IMG/VR virus record: IMGVR_UViG_3300043580_000085
Coordinates: 1 to 37,770 of that record
Length of the DNA: 37,770 bases
Strand: one strand, 5' to 3'
Source of the DNA: a virus
Lineage: Duplodnaviria > Caudoviricetes
Below the pieces are notes generated by a model, which saw only the letters and a list, made by a program, of their open reading frames with translations, made no database searches and was not told the origin of the DNA. The position numbers and the translations under genes were made by a program. Positions 1-9,048 of the stretch are shown one piece after another. Every line of letters begins with the position of its first letter. Positions within the stretch are counted from its first letter, which is position 1.

Positions 1-119
1 CCCCAAAATCTTTCGTGTTAACAAGTGATCTCATTTTTCAATCACGCTCTGTAGCCAATATCAGTCCACTTAGGACTGCCATCACTTATAGTCACCCTCT
101 GGCTTGATCACCAGAGGTA

Positions 120-149
120 GGAAGGCCCCGCTCCCCGGCGGGGCCTTCC
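120..149 (+). terminator. GC-rich hairpin, possible terminator or leader structure upstream of the HNH gene
   Basis: GGAAGGCCCCGC (120-131) / GCGGGGCCTTCC (138-149) perfect inverted repeat, followed by GCATTT. Confidence 0.35.
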
Positions 150-170
150 GCATTTCCGGGGAGACCTCCA

Positions 171-869
171 ATGCCATCGAAGTACGCCGCCCCCTGCTCT
201 GTCTGCGGCGAGATGCTGCCGGGCACGCCCAACTCGCTGCCGCCAACTCGGCGCACCTGCCACGGTTGCAGACGCGTCCGCCGTGCCGAGGCTCAAGCTC
301 TCGCCGCGGCAGCCCCACGACCCCCGCGGAAGCCGCTGGAGAGGGTCGCACGCCAGTGTCCGTGCGGGGCCGAGTTCATGGGCTATCCCATGGCGAAGTA
401 CTGCGGTCCGGGTTGTCGACGCCAGGACGCTCCACCCTGTATTGAGCCTGGCTGCGACAAGCCCAGCCGGAAGCGCTTCATGTGCTGCACGCATTACAAC
501 CGACAGTTCCAGCCGAACCGCAGCCGAGGTACGAGCCTTCGGGAATGGACGCGCCAGAATCCCGAGCGTGCGGCAGCACAGCAGGAGCGGAAATGGCGTC
601 GGCGTCGAGCCCGTCAACGCGAGGCTGCGTCGGAGCCGTACACGCTCATGGATATCGCGACCAGAGACGGGTTCACCTGTCAGCTCTGCCGCAAACGGGT
701 GGACATGATGAAGCCGCATCCTCACCCCAAGTCGCCGTCGATCGACCACAAGGTGCCGTTTTCGGAGAGTCTCGACGACACCAGGGCGAACGTCCAGTTG
801 GCCCACTTCGACTGCAACTGGCGCAAGGGCGCACGCGGCGGGCCCGAGCAGCTTTTCCTGTTCGGGTAG
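171..869 (+). CDS. HNH endonuclease with N-terminal Zn-finger repeats (terminase-adjacent)
   Basis: Multiple CxxC pairs; RDGFTCQLC...SIDHKVP...NVQLAHFDCNWRKG HNH motif; GGGGAG RBS. Confidence 0.85.
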   Translation: MPSKYAAPCSVCGEMLPGTPNSLPPTRRTCHGCRRVRRAEAQALAAAAPRPPRKPLERVARQCPCGAEFMGYPMAKYCGPGCRRQDAPPCIEPGCDKPSRKRFMCCTHYNRQFQPNRSRGTSLREWTRQNPERAAAQQERKWRRRRARQREAASEPYTLMDIATRDGFTCQLCRKRVDMMKPHPHPKSPSIDHKVPFSESLDDTRANVQLAHFDCNWRKGARGGPEQLFLFG

Positions 870-880
870 GGGGCGCGACG

Positions 881-1387
881 ATGCCTCGTACTAAGAAGCC
901 CGCCGGCCACGCCATCGACCCCCGTAACGGCCGCCGCGCTGACCTGACCGTCGTTGTCGGCTCGCGTTTCGAGGCTCCCGGGGGCCTCTGCGACCAGGCG
1001 ATGGCCGCGTGGGAGGCCTACTGGGAGGACGGCGTTTCCCAGGTTCAGACGCCGGTCGACCGGGCCGTGCTGTCTCGCTGGGTGACGGAGATGGATCGCT
1101 ACCTGCGTCTGATGGGCGCGGCCGATATGGAGCCGGTCGTTCGGGGTTCGCAGGGACAGCCGGTGGAGAACCCGATGTATGGGACCGCCTACAAGGCCCT
1201 GGCCGCCGTGCAGGCCTGCGAGAAGCAGATGGGCATGGGTGCCCTCAATCGCTCGGCGCTGGGCATCGCGGTCATCACCGAACGCCGTTCCCTGGCCGAC
1301 CTCAACAGTGAGTTCGGGGGTGGCAGTGTCGGTCAGCGCCCCGCCCCGGAGGTTGTCCGGCCCGACCCTCGGGTCATCGAGGCCTGA
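881..1387 (+). CDS. terS: Terminase small subunit (P27-like)
   Basis: ATG at 881 in the 482..1387 frame; VRGSQGQPVENP...EKQMGMGALNRSALGI motif; directly upstream of terL. Confidence 0.8.
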   Translation: MPRTKKPAGHAIDPRNGRRADLTVVVGSRFEAPGGLCDQAMAAWEAYWEDGVSQVQTPVDRAVLSRWVTEMDRYLRLMGAADMEPVVRGSQGQPVENPMYGTAYKALAAVQACEKQMGMGALNRSALGIAVITERRSLADLNSEFGGGSVGQRPAPEVVRPDPRVIEA

Positions 1388-2987
1388 TCCGGGCTGTCAG
1401 GCGTGCGGGTGGAAGCCGTCGCCGGGCGAGTTGTGGCCGACTGAGGGTGAAGTCGCGGTCGACTGGATCGAGCAGTTCTGTATCTGCGGCGAGGGCGACT
1501 GGTACGGCAAGCCGCTGAGGTTGCGCATCGACCAGCAGCGCTTCCTCTATCGCTGGTATGAGTTCTGTCCCGAGTGTGGCGAGTGGAGGTTCAACGAGGG
1601 GCTGCGGGGCGCTGCCACGGGGGATGGAAAGACCCAGTTCATTGCCGCGATCGCCGTTTTGGAGCTTGCCGGGCCGCCGCAGATAGCGGTTCCATCGCCT
1701 AACATCCCCATCTCTGCCGCGTCGTTTGAGCAGGCCGACCTTTTGTTCACTGCGGCGGCGACCATGTGTGGCGGCCGTGACCAGGTGGTGAAGGACGCCC
1801 CGCTGTGCGGGTATTTCAACGTCTACGACACCGAGATCACCTTTGCCGACGGCCGGCCGGGGCGGATCTTCCGGGTTGCCGCGGTCGCGGGGACCAACGA
1901 GGGCGGGCTGCCGTCGCTGCTCCTGTGCGATGAGTTGCACGAGTGGGGCGCACCGGGGTCGCGTAAGGCCCGCGTCCATACGGTCATCGGTAAGTCGACG
2001 CTGAAGCGTCGCACGCCGCGGGGCTCGGGCCGGATCCTGCGGATCTCCACCGCTGGGTTCGACGTCGAAGATTCGATGTTGGGTGAGGAGTACAAGCGCG
2101 GCCAGGGTGCGCTGTATGACCCGTCGAAGTCGCCGCGGCTGCTGTTTGACTGGCAGGAGGCCCCGGAAGGGCTGAATTACGAAGACCCGGGCGACCGCGA
2201 GATTGCCGTGAGGGCCGCTTCTGGAGCAGCCGGGGTGCTCTGGTCGGTGCGGGACCGCGTCAACGCCTGGGGCCAGCCGTCCTACCCGCGACACGAGTGG
2301 CTGCGCTACTTCGCCAACTCCTGGGTCGACGTGGCTGAGGAGTCGTGGCTGAAGGACCACCCGGGGGCCTGGGGTGCCTGCGAGGGGGCGTGGACTTCGG
2401 ACCCGCGTAACCCGTTCGTTGTCGCCGTCGACATGGCTTTGAAGCACGATTCGGTGGCGGTATCGCGTATCGAGGCGCTCCCGGACGGCCGTTTCGCGAT
2501 CACCGCCCGGATTTGGCGGCCTAAGAACGGTCCCGTCGATCACCTAGACGTCTTCAACTACATTCGCGGCGAGGCCCGCGGGCTGCAGTTCCGTGGCGTG
2601 ATCTACGATCCGCGGTTCTTCGAGTTGCCCGGCCGGATGCTGGAGGACGAGGGCATCCTGGCCGTCCAGTTTGATCAGTCGCCGCAGCGGATGGCGCCAG
2701 CATGCGGGCTCGCGTTCGACCTGATCCTTGATCGCAAGGTCGTCCACGATGGTGACCCCGAGCTTGGGGCGCACGTCAAGTCGGCAGTGAAGCGGGAACA
2801 GGACCGGGGTTTCACCCTCTCCAAGGGCAAGAGCAAGAGGCACATCGACGCGGCGATCACCCTGTGCATGGGCTTATGGATACTCCACGGCCCGATTCAG
2901 GCGCCCCCCCTTTCCCCGTCCTTCGTCCCGCACGACAGCAAGGACTCCTACTCGGGCATGTCTGACCTTATGAGCGCTGGGTTTTGA
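1326..2987 (+). CDS. terL: Terminase large subunit
   Basis: Walker A-like ATGDGKT, Walker B LLLCDELHEW, coupling motif ISTAG, nuclease VAVDMA and HIDAAIT; start uncertain (GTG 1320 or 1326). Confidence 0.92.
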   Translation: MSVSAPPRRLSGPTLGSSRPDPGCQACGWKPSPGELWPTEGEVAVDWIEQFCICGEGDWYGKPLRLRIDQQRFLYRWYEFCPECGEWRFNEGLRGAATGDGKTQFIAAIAVLELAGPPQIAVPSPNIPISAASFEQADLLFTAAATMCGGRDQVVKDAPLCGYFNVYDTEITFADGRPGRIFRVAAVAGTNEGGLPSLLLCDELHEWGAPGSRKARVHTVIGKSTLKRRTPRGSGRILRISTAGFDVEDSMLGEEYKRGQGALYDPSKSPRLLFDWQEAPEGLNYEDPGDREIAVRAASGAAGVLWSVRDRVNAWGQPSYPRHEWLRYFANSWVDVAEESWLKDHPGAWGACEGAWTSDPRNPFVVAVDMALKHDSVAVSRIEALPDGRFAITARIWRPKNGPVDHLDVFNYIRGEARGLQFRGVIYDPRFFELPGRMLEDEGILAVQFDQSPQRMAPACGLAFDLILDRKVVHDGDPELGAHVKSAVKREQDRGFTLSKGKSKRHIDAAITLCMGLWILHGPIQAPPLSPSFVPHDSKDSYSGMSDLMSAGF

Positions 2988-2998
2988 TCGGGGGTGTC

Positions 2999-5530
2999 GT
3001 GACTATTCCTCTGGCTCCTACCGTTGAGATCGGCTACGTCTCCCAGACCTATAACAGTGCGCAGTGGTGGGCGTATGACGGGGAGACCACCCCGGAGCTG
3101 ATGTGGCCGCAGTCGGTTGAGGTGTATGACGCGATGCGTCGCACCGACGCACAGGTGGGCTCGGTGTTGGAGGCGGTCATCCGTCCGGTGCTGCGTACCC
3201 CGTGGCGTATAGATCCGGCCGGGGCGCGCATGGAGGTTGTCGAGCATGTTGCCGACGATTTGGGTCTGCCGATCGTGGGGCACAATCCGGAGCCGCCGTT
3301 GCGGACGAAGGACCGTTTCTCGTGGTTGGAGCATCTGGAGCTGGCTCTGCTGATGCTTCCCTTTGGGCACAGCTTCTTCGAGCAGACCTACCGGGTCAAC
3401 CACGACGGGACCCGGGCGCATCTGGGCAAGCTGTCGCCGCGGATGCCGCGCACGATTGAGAAGATCGACGTTGCCCGCGACGGCGGTCTCGTGTCGATCA
3501 CTCAGTGGGGGACGCTGGACCAGCGCGGCCCGCAGAGGCCGATCCCGGTCAACCGTTTGGTCGCCTATGTGTACAAGCGTGAGGGCGCGAATTGGTTGGG
3601 CCGTTCGATCCTGCGCCAGGCATACAAGAACTGGTTGATCAAGGACCGGCTGCTCCGCGTCCAGGCGCAGACGATCGAACGCAATGGTATGGGGATCCCG
3701 CTCTATGAGGATGCCGAGGGCGCGACCGCGGAGCAGCACGCTATCGGTCTGGCGATGGCGAAGGCGTGGCGTGCCGGCGAGGCGGCCGGTTCGGCTATCC
3801 CGTTCGGGTCGAAGTTGCGCTTGGTCGGTGTGGAGGGTGAGCTTCCCGACGCTTTGCCGGCCATCAAATACCACGACGAGCAGATCGCCCGCGCCGTTCT
3901 GGCGCACTTTTTGAACCTGGACAGCCAGTCTCACGGCAGCTACGCCCTCGGCACGTCCTTCATGGACTTCTTCACGTTGTCGCTTCAGACCCTCGCCCAG
4001 TCGATCGCCGACGTGGCGAGTATGCACATCGTCGAGGATTTGGTAGACGTCAACTGGGGCTCGGAAGAGCCGGCGCCGCGGATCTGCTTCGACGAGATCG
4101 GCTCCCGCCAGGCCGCGACGGCGGAGTCGCTGAAGTCGCTTGTGGACGCTGGTGTGATCCGCCCGGATGAGGTGTTGGAGGGTCAGGCCCGCCAGTACTA
4201 CGGCCTCCCGCCGGCCGATCCGAAGACAGTCCGCACCCCGCCGACAGCCCAGGGCCCGACCCCGCCGGCCGATACGCCGATGGGGGCCCTGTCGGTGGCA
4301 GCGTCGGCCGAAGTGGAACGCCTCGGCGAGGATGTTGATGATGAGGCGGAGCAGGTTCTTGCCGCGCTTGACGAGTGGGTTGACGGTCAGGCCGTTAAGG
4401 TCGCAGCTATGTTCGATCCGGCCCAGGTTCGTGCCCCCCGCGGCGGCCCGGGCGGTGGCCGGTGGACCAAGGGTGGAGGTATCGGCGGGAAGATCGCCGA
4501 CGCGTTGGAGCAGTGGGGCCGCGGCGCGGCCGGCCACGTTGATCCGTTCACAGTGGACGGTAAGGAGATCGACCGTGAGCCGTTGCGGAAGGCCGCGGTG
4601 GCCCGGGGCATCAGTCTGAAGCGTGGTGCGCCTCGCGAGGACATCGTCAAGGCGCTACTCGACCATGCGAAGGCCGAGTCCGCGACGCGACCGGCCGAGC
4701 ATTTGAAGGCGTTGCGCGACGTTCAGGTCGAGAACAACATCTCATCTGCGTACGCCCGCATCACGGCCCGCCGCGAGGCGCCAGCTCATCCCGACCTTAA
4801 GCAGTACGTACTCCTTGCTGATCTGCGCAAGGAGATGGGCGCCGGACACGACCGCGCCGAGGTCGACGCGGCACTCAACCGAATGATCGAACGTCCAGAC
4901 GTCTACCTGCGGGCTGAGCTGAATCAGAAGTCCCTCACTGAAGCGGACCGCAAGGCGGCTGTAGTCATTGGCGGGGAGCCTCGCGATGTTCTGCATATCG
5001 GTGACCCGTCGCCGCGTCCGCTGCCCAAGACTCACCAGACCGGTACGGGTGGCCGGATCACCGAGGAAGAGGCCTGGCGTCGGACGCATGGCGACAAGCC
5101 CATGCCGGCGACGAAAGCAGCCAAGAAGGCGGCGAACCCTGACGGTCTGACCGCCGTTAAGGGCGCCGAGCTCCATGCCCTCGCCACGGCGAACGGTGTC
5201 AAAACTGATGGGCGTAGCGATGCGCAGATCCGGGCGTCACTGCGACGCAAGAAGTCCATCGTCCGCGCCGCGGCCGGCCACGATGTCACGCCAGGCCACG
5301 ACGAGTTGCACCACTACTGGACCCGCGGCGAAGGTCGGGCCAAGTGGGTCGACTCGCCGAAGCCATGGACGACGCTTGTTGCACTGCTGACTGAACACGT
5401 TGGGCCCGATAAGGCGAAGGTCTTCGCCTCGCGCTGGTTCATCGAGGTCAAGGGATACGCGGCGGGTAGCGACAAGAACAGGGTCGCGCACGGGAAGCCG
5501 CCCCGCGGAAAGGTAGTCGGACCAGGCTGA
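2999..5530 (+). CDS. Portal protein (Mu gp29/DUF935-like) with about 420-aa modular C-terminal extension
   Basis: Follows terL; PFGHSFFEQ, GANWLGRSILRQAYKNW, IERNGMGIP, YHDEQIARAVLAHFLNL, GSYALG motifs in the first ~415 aa; extra domains afterwards. Confidence 0.88.
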   Translation: MTIPLAPTVEIGYVSQTYNSAQWWAYDGETTPELMWPQSVEVYDAMRRTDAQVGSVLEAVIRPVLRTPWRIDPAGARMEVVEHVADDLGLPIVGHNPEPPLRTKDRFSWLEHLELALLMLPFGHSFFEQTYRVNHDGTRAHLGKLSPRMPRTIEKIDVARDGGLVSITQWGTLDQRGPQRPIPVNRLVAYVYKREGANWLGRSILRQAYKNWLIKDRLLRVQAQTIERNGMGIPLYEDAEGATAEQHAIGLAMAKAWRAGEAAGSAIPFGSKLRLVGVEGELPDALPAIKYHDEQIARAVLAHFLNLDSQSHGSYALGTSFMDFFTLSLQTLAQSIADVASMHIVEDLVDVNWGSEEPAPRICFDEIGSRQAATAESLKSLVDAGVIRPDEVLEGQARQYYGLPPADPKTVRTPPTAQGPTPPADTPMGALSVAASAEVERLGEDVDDEAEQVLAALDEWVDGQAVKVAAMFDPAQVRAPRGGPGGGRWTKGGGIGGKIADALEQWGRGAAGHVDPFTVDGKEIDREPLRKAAVARGISLKRGAPREDIVKALLDHAKAESATRPAEHLKALRDVQVENNISSAYARITARREAPAHPDLKQYVLLADLRKEMGAGHDRAEVDAALNRMIERPDVYLRAELNQKSLTEADRKAAVVIGGEPRDVLHIGDPSPRPLPKTHQTGTGGRITEEEAWRRTHGDKPMPATKAAKKAANPDGLTAVKGAELHALATANGVKTDGRSDAQIRASLRRKKSIVRAAAGHDVTPGHDELHHYWTRGEGRAKWVDSPKPWTTLVALLTEHVGPDKAKVFASRWFIEVKGYAAGSDKNRVAHGKPPRGKVVGPG

Positions 5531-5543
5531 GGAGAGGTTCCCC

Positions 5544-5639
5544 GTGGCGAAGCCCGCCAAATACTTGCCGCCTCCGGTGAAGAAGGCAGCGCCGAAGCCG
5601 AAAACACCGAAGAAGATGACGCCCCGCAAGGCCTACTGA
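5544..5639 (+). CDS. 31-aa Lys/Pro-rich basic peptide (MAKPAKYLPPPVKKAAPKPKTPKKMTPRKAY)
   Basis: GGAGAGG RBS then GTG at 5544; fills the portal-protease gap; below the ORF-track size cutoff. Confidence 0.55.
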   Translation: MAKPAKYLPPPVKKAAPKPKTPKKMTPRKAY

Positions 5640-5689
5640 CGTAATCCAAATCGGGCGTGAGCCCACGCAGCCGAAAGGTGGTGTGGGCG

Positions 5690-7477
5690 ATGACGCATGC
5701 CCTAGAGCCGGTCGCCGCGATGTACCAGCAAGAGGGCGGCGCCAGCGAGGATCAGTCGAAGCATCCGCACGCCCCGGCCGGTTCGCCGCAGGGCGGCCAG
5801 TTCGCCACCAAGTCCACGTCGTCGACCAAGACGGCACCGGCGGCGGCCAGGAAGAAGGTCGCGCCTCGCCGTCAGGTCCGTAAGCCCGGTGCGAAGCCGG
5901 CCGCGAAAGCGGCCCCTGCCCCTGCCGCGGCGGTGACCAGCACCCTGTCCCGCAAAGGCCCCAACGACCCGGCCCAAGTCCGTACCCTCCAACACCTTCT
6001 GGCCGGTATGGGATTCGGCGATGTGGCCGAAGATGGCGTGTTCGGGCCGAAGACCGAGGCCGCGGTCAAGGCGTTGCAGGCCAAGCTCGGTACCCGCCCG
6101 ACCGGGCATGCAAGCCCCACGTTGGCCCGCCGGCTGGGCGATGCGCGGAAGCTCTCGCCGTGCGTGAAGGCGTCGGCCGAGCCGGAGCTCATCGCCGCGT
6201 CGGTCGAGTACGCGCACACCGAGGCACACCACTACGCCGACATGGGCTACCAGTCGGACGGCAAGAAACGGTATGCCCTCGATTCCGAGGCTGAGTGCCG
6301 GGCGGCCTGGTCCTACATCAACATGCCGAAGAACGCGGCCAAATACTCCGCCGAAGACTTGGCGAAGGTCAAGTCTGCGATCAAGGCCGCGGGCCGCAAG
6401 TACGGCATCGAGTTCGCCAGCGACGTCAAGGCCTCCGGGCCGGATCTCCTCGGCGTCGAGTTGGCCAGGCCCGGCGTGTGGAAGTTGAAGACCGGCGAGA
6501 CCATGTTCAGCGCGCAGATGCTCCGCGACGCGGGCGACTTCTTCGCAGCCTCTGGCGGTCAGGGCGTGCCGATCAAGCTCGGGCACAGTGACGCCCGCTT
6601 CGACGGTGACGGTGAGCCGACCTTCGGCGTGGTGACGAACGTCCGCTACGCCGAGGACGACCGCGGGCCTGTGCTGCTCGGCGACATCACCGGAATGCCG
6701 GGCTGGCTGGCCGCTTCGGCCCCTACCCGCTGGCCGAACCGCAGCATCGAGGGCTGGCAGGACTTCACCTACGACGGGCGCGAGTACTCGCTGGTCCTTT
6801 CTGGACTCGCGTTCCTCGGCGTGACCCCGCCGGGTGTGCGAAACATCAAATCCTTGGCCGATCTACAGATCGCGTTGGCCGCATCGGCCGCGCGGCACCT
6901 CGTCGCGTCCGCACCTGATGACGACCAGGCCGAGCCACCACAGAGTCCCGCCCCGGAGGCGGTAGTCCCAACAAGTCCAAAGGAGACCGGCATGGATCCG
7001 GCAAAATTCCGAGAGGCGCTCGGTCTCGACGACGCCTCCGACGACGAGGTGATGGAGGCACTCGCGGCAGCTGGATTCGTCCCGCAGTCCGAGCCGCCCA
7101 AGGATGGGCCGGAGGCGCAACCTATTGCGGCATCTGCGGTTCCGCCCGGGATGATCGTTCTCGCCAGCTCGGTCTGGGATGAGAACCAGAAGACCATCAA
7201 AACTTTGAGCGATTTCGTGGCCAAGTCGAAGCGCAACGAACGTGACGAGATAATCGCGAAGGCGATCCAGGCGGGAAAGTTCACCCCGGCCCAGCGCAAG
7301 CAGATCTCCGACCAATGGGATCTCAACCCGGACGCGACCCGCAGCTTCATTGACATCATGACGCCGAATGCCCAGCTTGCCGTCATGGCGTCGGGGTATG
7401 CGGGCGATGTCGAGGGGCAGGACGACGAACTAGACCGCGAGATCGCCCGGCTTTCCCCGCCCGGAAAGGCAGCGTAA
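5690..7477 (+). CDS. Prohead maturation protease/scaffold fusion (Mu I-like) with N-terminal PG-binding and DUF6582-like domains
   Basis: PG_binding_1-like VRTLQHLL...DGVFGPKTEAAVKALQ; YADMGYQSDGKKRYALD...AAWSYIN domain; protease core IKLGH...GEPTFG...RSIEG...LAFLGVTPPGV; acidic helical C-terminus. Confidence 0.82.
   Translation: MTHALEPVAAMYQQEGGASEDQSKHPHAPAGSPQGGQFATKSTSSTKTAPAAARKKVAPRRQVRKPGAKPAAKAAPAPAAAVTSTLSRKGPNDPAQVRTLQHLLAGMGFGDVAEDGVFGPKTEAAVKALQAKLGTRPTGHASPTLARRLGDARKLSPCVKASAEPELIAASVEYAHTEAHHYADMGYQSDGKKRYALDSEAECRAAWSYINMPKNAAKYSAEDLAKVKSAIKAAGRKYGIEFASDVKASGPDLLGVELARPGVWKLKTGETMFSAQMLRDAGDFFAASGGQGVPIKLGHSDARFDGDGEPTFGVVTNVRYAEDDRGPVLLGDITGMPGWLAASAPTRWPNRSIEGWQDFTYDGREYSLVLSGLAFLGVTPPGVRNIKSLADLQIALAASAARHLVASAPDDDQAEPPQSPAPEAVVPTSPKETGMDPAKFREALGLDDASDDEVMEALAAAGFVPQSEPPKDGPEAQPIAASAVPPGMIVLASSVWDENQKTIKTLSDFVAKSKRNERDEIIAKAIQAGKFTPAQRKQISDQWDLNPDATRSFIDIMTPNAQLAVMASGYAGDVEGQDDELDREIARLSPPGKAA
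6992..7477 (+). CDS. Nested in-frame scaffolding protein (internal start)
   Basis: AAGGAG at 6980-6985 then ATG at 6992 (MDPAKFREALGL), in frame, after a Pro-rich linker; same arrangement as Mu I/Z. Confidence 0.6.
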   Translation: MDPAKFREALGLDDASDDEVMEALAAAGFVPQSEPPKDGPEAQPIAASAVPPGMIVLASSVWDENQKTIKTLSDFVAKSKRNERDEIIAKAIQAGKFTPAQRKQISDQWDLNPDATRSFIDIMTPNAQLAVMASGYAGDVEGQDDELDREIARLSPPGKAA

Positions 7478-7480
7478 GCC

Positions 7481-7873
7481 ATGGCTGATTACACACCCAT
7501 CTACAGCGGCGGCGTTGTTCCTTTCACGGTCACCACCGGCGGCGCCGTTTCCGGCGGCAACGTCGTTGTATGGTCCGCCGCGAGCACAGTGACGGTCTCT
7601 GGTGCGGCTTCGGCAATCGTTGCTGGTGTTGCCGCGCATGATGCCCCGTCGGGCGGCAGGGTCACCGTATGGCCGATGGACGGCTGCATCCACGAGTTGG
7701 TGGCCGCAAACGCGATTACTGCCCTTGGCGGTATCCAGACCGCGGCGGCCGGTCAGGTCGACCCGGTAACCACGTCCATCGCTGCCGGCTCCGCCATCGG
7801 CACTCTCATCGGTATTGCCGTGACCACGGCCGCTGGCTCCCCACTCAAGCTCCGAGTCCAGGGGCGGCGCTGA
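7481..7873 (+). CDS. Capsid decoration/cement protein (DUF2190-like)
   Basis: 130 aa, Ala/Gly/Val-rich, AGVAAHDA..G..VTV and IGIAVTTAA motifs; lies between scaffold and MCP. Confidence 0.75.
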   Translation: MADYTPIYSGGVVPFTVTTGGAVSGGNVVVWSAASTVTVSGAASAIVAGVAAHDAPSGGRVTVWPMDGCIHELVAANAITALGGIQTAAAGQVDPVTTSIAAGSAIGTLIGIAVTTAAGSPLKLRVQGRR

Positions 7874-8094
7874 TGGCTAGCCCGACCGGCGGAACGTTCC
7901 GCAACATGACGATGGGGATCTACCTCACCAAGCTCTCTACGGACTGCATGGTCGCATTGGCCGCTGTGGAGTCTCACGAAACTTCGTACACCACGGAGAA
8001 CTTCTCGACGATCACTGACGCACTTAGCGACGCCTACGAAGGCATCGTCTCGGCTGCTGTTGCCAACGGCCACAGCAACCCGGACCCCGAGTAA
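7873..8094 (+). CDS. Hypothetical protein (73 aa)
   Basis: TGATG overlap with the upstream stop; fills the gap to the MCP gene. Confidence 0.5.
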   Translation: MASPTGGTFRNMTMGIYLTKLSTDCMVALAAVESHETSYTTENFSTITDALSDAYEGIVSAAVANGHSNPDPE

Positions 8095-8112
8095 CCCGAA
8101 AGGAGATAGTCA

Positions 8113-9048
8113 ATGCCTTACGCATTCCCGGCAGCGGTGCCCACCCTTTCGGGTGACCTGCTCACCATCAGTCGATTCCTTTCCGACCCGGCCCGTATTC
8201 AGCGGCGGCTCCGCGACGCGACCGATCTACGGTTCGTCGCGGATCAGCTACTCAAGGACCGTCAGCGGGCCAGCGGCGGCGCGGTCCTGTACGACATGAC
8301 CGAGCCATTCATTTCTGACCGCCCCGTTGAGGCCGTGTCGGCCGGGTCGGAATACCCGTACGCCAATCTACCCACCGGCACCGCTGGTCTTGCTGCGGTG
8401 GCCAAGTGGGGCCAGAAGGCGCTGCTGACCGACGAGGAGATCACCCGGAAGTCGTGGCCGATGTCGGCCGTGGACCGGGCCCTGACCAAGGTCGTTACTA
8501 CGGTCATCAAGCAGGTAGACACGATCTCCATGGCCGCCATTGGTACCGCGATCACTACCGAGGTCGCCACGGCAGGCATTTGGGACACTCTCGCTACCGC
8601 AAAGCCCCTTCAGGACATTCTGCTGGGGATCCAATTCATTGAGGATCTGAATCTTGGCTACAAGGCTGACACTCTTGTGGTCAGCCCGAAGGCGTACACC
8701 TTCCTGATGCTCAATGATCAGATTGCGCAACTGCGGAAGCGGGAGACGTCCGAGAATCCGGTCTACACCGGCATGATCGAGACGGTCGCGAACCTGAAGG
8801 TCATCAAGACGCCCAACTTGCCGGTTGCCACTCGGGCGTGGGTGCTGGATTCCACCCAGCTCGGCGGCATGGCTGACGAGACGGCGAGCGCACCTGGTTA
8901 CGCGGCATTCGGCGGCTTCGCAGGCGTCGAGGTCAAGTCCATCCGCAAGGATGGACAGGATGCCTGGGATCTTCAGGCGCGTCGTCTGACGGTTCCTTAT
9001 GTTCAGGAGACAGGGGCCGGCTACGAGATCACCGGTGTGGTGACCTGA
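8113..9048 (+). CDS. Major capsid protein
   Basis: AAGGAG RBS; 311 aa; GAVLY...VSAGSEYP...KWGQK...GYKADTLVV pattern typical of actinophage HK97-fold MCPs; synteny. Confidence 0.88.
   Translation: MPYAFPAAVPTLSGDLLTISRFLSDPARIQRRLRDATDLRFVADQLLKDRQRASGGAVLYDMTEPFISDRPVEAVSAGSEYPYANLPTGTAGLAAVAKWGQKALLTDEEITRKSWPMSAVDRALTKVVTTVIKQVDTISMAAIGTAITTEVATAGIWDTLATAKPLQDILLGIQFIEDLNLGYKADTLVVSPKAYTFLMLNDQIAQLRKRETSENPVYTGMIETVANLKVIKTPNLPVATRAWVLDSTQLGGMADETASAPGYAAFGGFAGVEVKSIRKDGQDAWDLQARRLTVPYVQETGAGYEITGVVT

Noticed and set aside
1-100. cos site or physical genome end
   Set aside because: The AT-rich stretch upstream of HNH-terS is compatible with one, but it cannot be shown without read termini
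2948-4537. Long antisense ORFs (529 aa here; also 1374..2543, 12572..13696 and others)
   Set aside because: Shadow ORFs opposite well-supported genes, typical of high-GC DNA; no motifs or RBS
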